A stretch of DNA of 52,743 nt from Gemmatimonadota bacterium (GTDB lineage: Bacteria; Gemmatimonadota; Gemmatimonadetes; Gemmatimonadales; GWC2-71-9): the NCBI GenBank assembly GCA_003221005.1, contig QHTZ01000068.1, positions 1 through 52,743 of the forward strand. Direction: 5' to 3'. Shown piece by piece: positions 37,167 through 43,826 of the stretch (its first letter is position 1; each line of letters starts with the position of its first letter). A model generated the notes under the pieces. That model saw only the letters and a program-made list of their open reading frames with translations. It had not been told where the DNA came from and made no database searches. The position numbers and the translations under genes are program-made.

Positions 37167-37207
37167 GACGGAGTCGTTCCGTCTTCCGTCGTTCCGTCAT
37201 ACCGTCG
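37141..37207. repeat. octamer (AGGACGGA)x4 plus inverted (TTCCGTCN)x4 hairpin between convergent genes
   Basis: Read directly; contains both stop codons. Confidence 0.88.
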
Positions 37208-37772
37208 CCCTTATTGCTTCCCACGCCGCTTCCAGCGTCGGCTGCACGCCCGCGTGGTCCGGCGGCCACTCGCGTGCCGAGACGTGGTCGAGCGCCAGGG
37301 ACACCACGCCGAGCCACACGTGGGCCCACAGCTCCGCCGCCCCGGCTTTGATCGACCCTTCGGCCTTTCCCTGCGCGACCAGGCTCTCGAGCGCCAGGCG
37401 GAAGTCGCGCGCCGTCTTGCGGCTCTCGTCGTCGAGCAGCGAGCCGTGGCGCTGGAGAAAGAACAGCTGTGCCACCGCCGGCTCCCGCGCCGTCGCGGCG
37501 ACCAGGGCCCGCCCCAGCGCCGCGAGCTTGTCGCGCGCGCCGCCCGGCGTCGCGTCCGCCTCCTTGACCAGCTTCGCGGCCCAGCGCGCGCCGCCGCGGT
37601 ACAGGTCGTTCAGGAGCTGCTGCTTGCTCTGGAAGTGCCGGTAGATCGTGCCCTCCGCCACACCCGCCTTCTTCGCGATCTCGGGCGTCGTCGTCACGTG
37701 ATAGCCCTGGGTGGTGAACAGCTCGAGGGCGGCGCGCACCAGCCGCTGGTGCGTGAGGTCGGCCTGCGTCAT
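37197..37772 (-). CDS. TetR/AcrR family transcriptional regulator
   Basis: Start ATG 37772; ALELFTTQGY, IAKKAGVAEGTIYRHFQSK. Confidence 0.93.
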   Translation of the reverse strand: MTQADLTHQRLVRAALELFTTQGYHVTTTPEIAKKAGVAEGTIYRHFQSKQQLLNDLYRGGARWAAKLVKEADATPGGARDKLAALGRALVAATAREPAVAQLFFLQRHGSLLDDESRKTARDFRLALESLVAQGKAEGSIKAGAAELWAHVWLGVVSLALDHVSAREWPPDHAGVQPTLEAAWEAIRATV

Positions 37773-37886
37773 CGCGCGCGAATCTAACCCGGCGCCCCGG
37801 GCACCGCTGCCGGGGTTCCGGCGCTTCGCCGCGCACACTAGCTTTCCCGCCGCTCCGTCCCCCGTCCCCCCCGGAGGTGGTCGCCG

Positions 37887-39029
37887 ATGCGGATGCTGGT
37901 GCTCGGCGCGGGGCTTCAGGGCTCGGCCTGCGCGTACGACCTGCTGCAGCAGCCCACGGTCGAGCGCGTGACGGTCGCCGACCTGAAGCCGGAGCGCGTG
38001 CCCGCCTTCCTCAAGACCTCCGCGGGCCGGCGCCTCGCGCTCGTCAAGGTCGACGTGCAGGACGCCGCTGCCCTGCGCGAGGTGATCCGCGGCCACAACG
38101 CCGTCCTGTGCGCGCTCCCCTACTACTACAACCTCGACGTGACGCGGGCCGCGCTCGAGGCGGGCGTCCATAGCGCCGATCTGGGCGGCAACACCGAGAT
38201 CGTCTTCCGCCAGAAAAAGCTCGACGCCGAGGCCCGTGCCCGCGGCGTCTCGGCGGTGGCGGACTGCGGGCTGGCACCGGGAATGATCAACATCCTCGCG
38301 GCCGAAGGCATCCGCCGCGTGGGCGACGCGGAAGCGGTCAAGATCTTCGTCGGCGGGCTGCCGCAGCACCCGGAGCCACCACTCCATTATCAAATCGTTT
38401 ACTCGCTCGAGGGCGCGCTCGACTACTACACGACCCCGTCGTGGGTGCTGCGCGACGGCAAGCCCGCACGGGTGGACGCGCTTTCGGAGCTCGAGCAGGT
38501 GGCGTTCCCGCCCCCCGTCGGCGTGCTCGAGGCGTTCCACACCGCCGGCGGCATCTCGACGCTGCCGTGGACCTACGAGGGCAGGGTGCGGACGATGGAA
38601 TACAAGACGCTGCGCTACCCCGGCCATGCGGCGATCATGAAGGCGATCCGCGACCTCGGACTCCTGGAGCTCCAGCCGATCAAGGTCAGGGGCAAAGAGG
38701 TCGTGCCGCGCGACGTGTTCATCGCGTCGGTATCACCCAAGCTCACGAAACCGGAGGGGCGCGACCTGGTCGCCTTGCGGGTGGAAGTGCGAGGCGGCGG
38801 CCGCGACGGCCGGCAGGTGGCATGGCAGCTGCTCGACTACTTCGACGAGGCGCGCGGCATCAGCGCGATGATGCGGACCACGGGATACTCACTCGCGATC
38901 ACCGGCCTGATGCAGGTGGACGGTCGGATCGCCGCGCCGGGCGTGCACACCCCGGACGAAACGGTGCCCTTCGGGGCCTACCTCGCCGAGCTCGCGAAAC
39001 GGGGGATCGAGATCCGGGAGCTTCAGTAG
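37887..39029 (+). CDS. saccharopine dehydrogenase family (lysine 6-dehydrogenase-like)
   Basis: LGAGLQG, DLGGN, DCGLAPG, YKTLRYPGH; GGAGGT SD. Confidence 0.88.
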   Translation: MRMLVLGAGLQGSACAYDLLQQPTVERVTVADLKPERVPAFLKTSAGRRLALVKVDVQDAAALREVIRGHNAVLCALPYYYNLDVTRAALEAGVHSADLGGNTEIVFRQKKLDAEARARGVSAVADCGLAPGMINILAAEGIRRVGDAEAVKIFVGGLPQHPEPPLHYQIVYSLEGALDYYTTPSWVLRDGKPARVDALSELEQVAFPPPVGVLEAFHTAGGISTLPWTYEGRVRTMEYKTLRYPGHAAIMKAIRDLGLLELQPIKVRGKEVVPRDVFIASVSPKLTKPEGRDLVALRVEVRGGGRDGRQVAWQLLDYFDEARGISAMMRTTGYSLAITGLMQVDGRIAAPGVHTPDETVPFGAYLAELAKRGIEIRELQ

Positions 39030-40165
39030 CTCCAGCGCGTGCCGAACAACAGCCGCACGCCTTCGTCGCCCGCTCCCACGCCGACAGCCACGAGGGAGTT
39101 GCGTAGGACGCGCGCCGCGAGCTCGCCACCGCCGCTCGTGTGGAGGCCCGTGCTCGTGAGGCGGAAGCGCTCCCCGGAGGCGAACACGCGTCCCGCATCG
39201 CAGAACCCGACCACCATCAGCTCGAACAGACTCGGCGCCCGCAGCACCGCATAGCGTGCCTCGACGCCGCCGAGGAGCTTGTGCGGTCCCACGAACCGGG
39301 CGTCGTAGAACCCGCGGAGGGAGTAATAGCCGCCCAGGGCGAGGAACGCGCGCTCGCTCGACTCCATCGACAGCTGGGTCGCGAGCGGGGGTGTGCCGCC
39401 CATCCCTTCTCCCGCGACCCGCGCCGCGAGCGTGAGGTGCTCGATGGGATGCACGTAGACGCGGGCCGCAGCGGTCGTGCGGGTGTACCCCGGTCCGCTC
39501 GCGACTATGCCTTCCAGGAAGACCCCGGCGTGTGGGTCGAGCTCGTTGTCACGGGTGTCGAGCACCACGCCGGCGCGCACGGTTTTGTCGGTGAACGGGA
39601 TGGTGCTGGAGTCCACAACGCCTGTCGCCAGGTCCTGCCGGAACACGCTCGCCCCGGGGAGGGCGCGGAAGTCGGTCCGCTCGATCGCGGCGCCCGCGAG
39701 CAGACGGAGTGGGCCGATCACGCGGCGCTGGATGATGGCGCGCGCCGCGGCGTGCGTGCGGCTGACGCGATAGAAGTACGGCGCGGCGGGCGTCACGCTG
39801 CCGGGCGTGTAGGGGGTGTCGTTCCCCAGCCCGTAGAAGCCCAGGCGGTTCTCGCGCGCCGCGCCCAGGGTGAGCGCCACGCGCCATCCCGCCCAGAGGG
39901 CCGGCGCGCTGGCGTCCGCCACGACGGCGTAGCTGCCCTGTGTGCTCGCCGAGGCATCGAGGGTGAAGGCCGCAGCGTTCGGCTCGGGCCGCTCAGCGAA
40001 CCCGAGGGGACTGGTGAGCGCGTAGCGGGCCGCCCCCCACACGCCGTCGCTCGTGCTGTAGTAGACGTAGGGGTAGAGGTTGCTGTGCCAGTCGCGCTGG
40101 GCGGCGAGCGCGGGGGCGCAGACGGCGACGGCGGCACAGGCGTGGAGCCAGACGCGGGTGAGCAC
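39023..40165 (-). CDS. Omp85/BamA-TamA family outer-membrane barrel without POTRA domains
   Basis: Signal peptide, LDTRDN, LGGYYSLRGF lid-loop motif, terminal aromatic residue. Confidence 0.75.
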   Translation of the reverse strand: MLTRVWLHACAAVAVCAPALAAQRDWHSNLYPYVYYSTSDGVWGAARYALTSPLGFAERPEPNAAAFTLDASASTQGSYAVVADASAPALWAGWRVALTLGAARENRLGFYGLGNDTPYTPGSVTPAAPYFYRVSRTHAAARAIIQRRVIGPLRLLAGAAIERTDFRALPGASVFRQDLATGVVDSSTIPFTDKTVRAGVVLDTRDNELDPHAGVFLEGIVASGPGYTRTTAAARVYVHPIEHLTLAARVAGEGMGGTPPLATQLSMESSERAFLALGGYYSLRGFYDARFVGPHKLLGGVEARYAVLRAPSLFELMVVGFCDAGRVFASGERFRLTSTGLHTSGGGELAARVLRNSLVAVGVGAGDEGVRLLFGTRWSY

Positions 40166-40170
40166 GCTGG

Positions 40171-40229
40171 GTTCTATCGAGCGACGGCCCGCCTGTCAAC
40201 TTGCCCGCCCCCGCGGCCGACTCTACGTT
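40171..40229. promoter_or_regulatory. back-to-back divergent sigma70 promoters, both leaderless-type
   Basis: Minus: TTGACA(40194-40199)-17-TAGAAC-5 nt-GTG 40165; plus: TTGCCC(40201-40206)-17-TACGTT-7 nt-GTG 40237. Confidence 0.7.
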
Positions 40230-40236
40230 CCGCTGC

Positions 40237-40722
40237 GTGTCATTGAATTTCGACCCTTCCGATCCGCCAGGCCCGCTGACGGCGGTGCGTGCCGTCCTGG
40301 GCGGGGCGCTGATCGTCGCGACGCTGATCCTGCTCATCCTATTCTTCGACAGCGGAAGCCTCGACACGCGCTTCGTGGCCTTGGTGGGTGCCCTGTGGAT
40401 CCTGTGGGGAGTGTTTCACGATGTGGTGGGGTTCATCGTGCAGCCGCTCGCCAACTTGCTCGGGGGGGCGCTCACGGGGACCGTAGACGCGGGTCCGCCC
40501 CTGACGATCGACATCGATCGCGAGACCGCGATGCTTGAGCGCCTCGTCGCCGACCCACCCCCCGTGCCGCACCGGGAGATTCTCGCCGGCGTCCGCCTGG
40601 CCGAGATCTACCGCACGCACCAGCACGACCCGTCGAAGTCCGCGGCGCTGCTCGCGCGCCTGCGCGCCAAATATCCCGACGCCCCCGAGCTCCGGCATGC
40701 CGACGGCCCCCCTCCCGCCTGA
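40237..40722 (+). CDS. hypothetical membrane protein with TPR-like C-terminal helices
   Basis: GTG 40237; two TM segments; RLAEIY...KYPD. Confidence 0.7.
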   Translation: MSLNFDPSDPPGPLTAVRAVLGGALIVATLILLILFFDSGSLDTRFVALVGALWILWGVFHDVVGFIVQPLANLLGGALTGTVDAGPPLTIDIDRETAMLERLVADPPPVPHREILAGVRLAEIYRTHQHDPSKSAALLARLRAKYPDAPELRHADGPPPA

Positions 40723-41458
40723 GCTGTCGCTCGTGGTTCCGGTGTACAACGAACGCGACAACTTGCCGCTCCTGGTCGAGGAGATCGCGCGGGCCCTCGG
40801 CGGGGCGGGGGCGGGGGCGGGGGCGGGGACCGGGCGCCGTTACGAGATCGTCGCGGTGGACGACGGATCGACCGACGGCTCGCTCGAGGTGCTCAAGACG
40901 CTGAAGCGTGACCACCCCGAGCTGCACATCGTGGCCTTCGCGGCGAATGCGGGGCAGACGGCGGCGTTCGCGGCTGGCTTCCGGGCTGCGCGGGGCGGCG
41001 TCATCGTGACGCTCGACGCGGACCTCCAGAACGACCCGGCGGACATCCCGGCGCTGCTCGGTCACCTGGACGTCACGGGCGCGACCGCAGTCGTGGGTTA
41101 CCGTGTCAACCGGCGCGACACCGGGTGGAAGCTGTTGCAGAGCCGGATCGCGAACGCCGTGCGCAACCGTCTGAACGGCGAGACGATCCGGGACACCGGA
41201 TGCTCGCTCAAGGCGTTCCGGGCCGAGGCGGTGCGGGCGCTGCCGCTGTACAGCGGCATGCACCGCTTCCTGCCGACCCTGGTGAAGCTGTACGGCGGCA
41301 CGGTAGCGGAGGTCCCCGTGCAGCATCGGCCCCGGCGCTTCGGCACGACGAAGTACGGCATGTGGAACCGGGTGTGGCGATCGTTTGCCGACGCCCTGGC
41401 GGTGCGCTGGATGCAGCGCCGGGCGTTGCGGTATCGGGTGAAGGAGGAGCTGCTGTAG
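40697..41458 (+). CDS. glycosyltransferase family 2 (polyprenol-phosphate sugar synthase-like)
   Basis: Start ATG 40697; VVPVYNE, VDDGSTDGS, TLDADLQNDP, DTGCSLK. Confidence 0.92.
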   Translation: MPTAPLPPELSLVVPVYNERDNLPLLVEEIARALGGAGAGAGAGTGRRYEIVAVDDGSTDGSLEVLKTLKRDHPELHIVAFAANAGQTAAFAAGFRAARGGVIVTLDADLQNDPADIPALLGHLDVTGATAVVGYRVNRRDTGWKLLQSRIANAVRNRLNGETIRDTGCSLKAFRAEAVRALPLYSGMHRFLPTLVKLYGGTVAEVPVQHRPRRFGTTKYGMWNRVWRSFADALAVRWMQRRALRYRVKEELL

Positions 41459-41800
41459 ATGAGCCTCCATGAAGACTGGGTCCGGCAGATCGACGCAGAG
41501 CTCGACGGCGAGCTGACGCTGGCGGAGCGCGCGGCGCTGGCGCGCCACCTGGCGGGGTGTCCGGCCTGCGCGGGCGCGCGCGCCAGTCACCTCGAGCTGC
41601 GCGTGGCGCTTGCCCGCTCCGCCGGCGAGCCGCACGCGCGCGCGGTCCCGCGCCCGAGGATCCGCGGCCGGATGGTGCTGCTGTGGGTGGCGCTCAGCCT
41701 GCTCGCCGGCGCCGCGGGCGGCTGGCTCGCGCACGCGCGCTGGGGCGGGCCCGGCCAGGGCTCGCTGGAGGCGTCGCGTGCCGCGTTCGTGGTCGAGTAA
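41459..41800 (+). CDS. zf-HC2 (ZAS) anti-sigma-like membrane protein
   Basis: LDGEL...HLAGCPAC then one TM segment. Confidence 0.8.
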   Translation: MSLHEDWVRQIDAELDGELTLAERAALARHLAGCPACAGARASHLELRVALARSAGEPHARAVPRPRIRGRMVLLWVALSLLAGAAGGWLAHARWGGPGQGSLEASRAAFVVE

Positions 41801-42656
41801 GGTCGTCGCGGCGGCGCTGCTGGGCGCGACGCCTGCGCTCGGCCAGGCGCCCGGGTTCCGGCTGACCTACGGCGTGCGCGTGCTGGAGCGCGTCAGCGGC
41901 GAAGTGCGTCCCGTCGCGACGGGCGCGATTAGCGGTCCCCAGGACACCGACATGCGGCTGGCCCTGCGCACCGACACGACGGAGGTCGAGGCGCTGCTCG
42001 ATGTGTTCCCCGAGCCGGACACGGTGACCCTCGCGGGGGCGTTCTTCACGCGGCGGCGCGCGGGGCGCTCGCACCGCGGCCTGCCGCTGTGGGAGGTAGA
42101 CAGCTATCGCCGTGAGGCCCGGTTCGCCTGGGGGGGGACGGCGCGGCTCTACCCGTTCGGCCTCCGGCGGACGAGCGCTGACCGGCTGCTGTGGCTCGAG
42201 ATTACGGTGACGCGCGTATTCGTGGGCGGGGAAACGCGGCCCGTGGAGTCATTCACGGTCTCTGACTCCGCCGTGGACATGACCGTCGAAGCGGTGGTGC
42301 GCCCACGGCGCGCCGCCGTGCGGCTCACGCTGGCGCGCGGGGACTCAACCAGCGCGCCGCAGCTGCTCGACATGGTGCCCGACGCGGCCGGGCGACGGGT
42401 CAGGTTCGTGTTGGGGCACCGCCAATCGCGCACGCTCGACGTGACGCTCACCCGCCCCGATCCGCCGCTCTCCGGGCGGGACAGCGCCCTCGCGATCGAC
42501 GCCGACGTCGTCTGCCTGCGCGTGGTTGACCCGGCGGCGCCCGGTCCCCCGCCCGCCTGGGTGCGCTGCGGCCGTCTCAACAACGTGGCGCGGCGTCTGC
42601 CCCTCTCCGACCGCGACACGCTGGTCGCGACATTCGCCTGGCCCGCGGCGCGCTAA
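41778..42656 (+). CDS. hypothetical secreted protein
   Basis: GTG 41778 after GGAGG, signal-peptide-like start, beta-rich sequence. Confidence 0.6.
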   Translation: MPRSWSSKVVAAALLGATPALGQAPGFRLTYGVRVLERVSGEVRPVATGAISGPQDTDMRLALRTDTTEVEALLDVFPEPDTVTLAGAFFTRRRAGRSHRGLPLWEVDSYRREARFAWGGTARLYPFGLRRTSADRLLWLEITVTRVFVGGETRPVESFTVSDSAVDMTVEAVVRPRRAAVRLTLARGDSTSAPQLLDMVPDAAGRRVRFVLGHRQSRTLDVTLTRPDPPLSGRDSALAIDADVVCLRVVDPAAPGPPPAWVRCGRLNNVARRLPLSDRDTLVATFAWPAAR

Positions 42657-42676
42657 CGCGCGATATTGCCCCAGCG

Positions 42677-43759
42677 ATGTCGCGCCCCCCGCCCCCCCCC
42701 GTTCCCCGCCGGCAGCGACTCGACCCCGCCATCTTCCACCTCCCGGTGGAGCGGATGCGCGAGGGGTACTACTCCGACAAGTACTTCGTGCGCGCGCGCG
42801 ACGTGCTCCTCAAGGACCGTCACCGCCCCTGCGTGACGATGCAGGTGTTCGGCAAAGCCCACGCGTTCCTCGGCGGTATCGACGAAGCCATCGCGATCCT
42901 CAAGCTCTGCGGCGAGCGCTGGGAGGAGCTGCAGGTGTCGGCGCTATACGACGGCGACGAGATCAAGCCGTGGGAGACCGTGCTGCTGATCGAGGGGCCG
43001 TACGATGCGTTCGCGAACCTCGAGACTTTGTATCTCGGCGTGCTGGCGCGGCGCACCCGGGTCGGCACCAACACCCGTCGCGTGGTCGACGCCGCGACGC
43101 CGAAGCAGGTGATGTTCTTCCCCGCGCGCCACGATCACTGGCTGGTGCAGACGGGCGACGGGTACGCGGCGCACATCGCCGGAGCGATCGGGGTCTCGAC
43201 CGACGCGCAGGCGTCCTGGTGGGGCTCGGAAGGCGTCGGCACCGTGCCGCACGCCCTGATCGCCGCCTACGGCGGCGATACGGTGCTTGCCGCCCGGAAG
43301 TTCGCCCAGTGGATGCCGGAGACCATCGGACTCATCACCCTCGTCGATTTCGACAACGATTGCGTCGGCACGTCGCTCAACGTCGCGCGCGCCCTCGGGA
43401 GCCGGCTCTACGGGGTGCGGCTCGATACGTCGGAGACGATGGTGGACAAGTCGGTGATTCCGGAGATGGGCACCTTCAAGCCCACGGGAGTGAACCCGCA
43501 GCTCGTCTGGAACGTGCGTCGCGCGCTCGACAAGGAAGGATTCCGCAGCGTGAAAATCGTGGTCTCGGGCGGCTTCACCGTCGAGAAGATCCGGCACTTC
43601 GAGGAGCAGGGCGTGCCGGTGGACATGTACGGCGTGGGGTCGAGCCTGTTCCAGGGGCGCTTCGATTTCACGGCCGACGTGGTGCGCGTGGAGGGGAAGC
43701 CGTGCGGCAAGGTGGGCCGGGCCTTCCGGCCCAATCCGCGGCTCGAGAAAGTGGAGTAA
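42677..43759 (+). CDS. nicotinate phosphoribosyltransferase (type II PRTase) family
   Basis: YSDKYF, GTVPHAL, LVDFDND, GVRLDTS, VSGGF, YGVGS. Confidence 0.85.
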   Translation: MSRPPPPPVPRRQRLDPAIFHLPVERMREGYYSDKYFVRARDVLLKDRHRPCVTMQVFGKAHAFLGGIDEAIAILKLCGERWEELQVSALYDGDEIKPWETVLLIEGPYDAFANLETLYLGVLARRTRVGTNTRRVVDAATPKQVMFFPARHDHWLVQTGDGYAAHIAGAIGVSTDAQASWWGSEGVGTVPHALIAAYGGDTVLAARKFAQWMPETIGLITLVDFDNDCVGTSLNVARALGSRLYGVRLDTSETMVDKSVIPEMGTFKPTGVNPQLVWNVRRALDKEGFRSVKIVVSGGFTVEKIRHFEEQGVPVDMYGVGSSLFQGRFDFTADVVRVEGKPCGKVGRAFRPNPRLEKVE

Positions 43760-43826
43760 CCTAGGGCGTTCGGGCGCGGCTGGCCCCCCCGGGGAGCGGG
43801 CGGTAGTATAGGCCCCGGGGGCCACC

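Noticed and set aside
2321-37207. Short repeat arrays as CRISPR
   Set aside because: Units are 7-10 nt and contiguous, with no unique spacers and no cas genes
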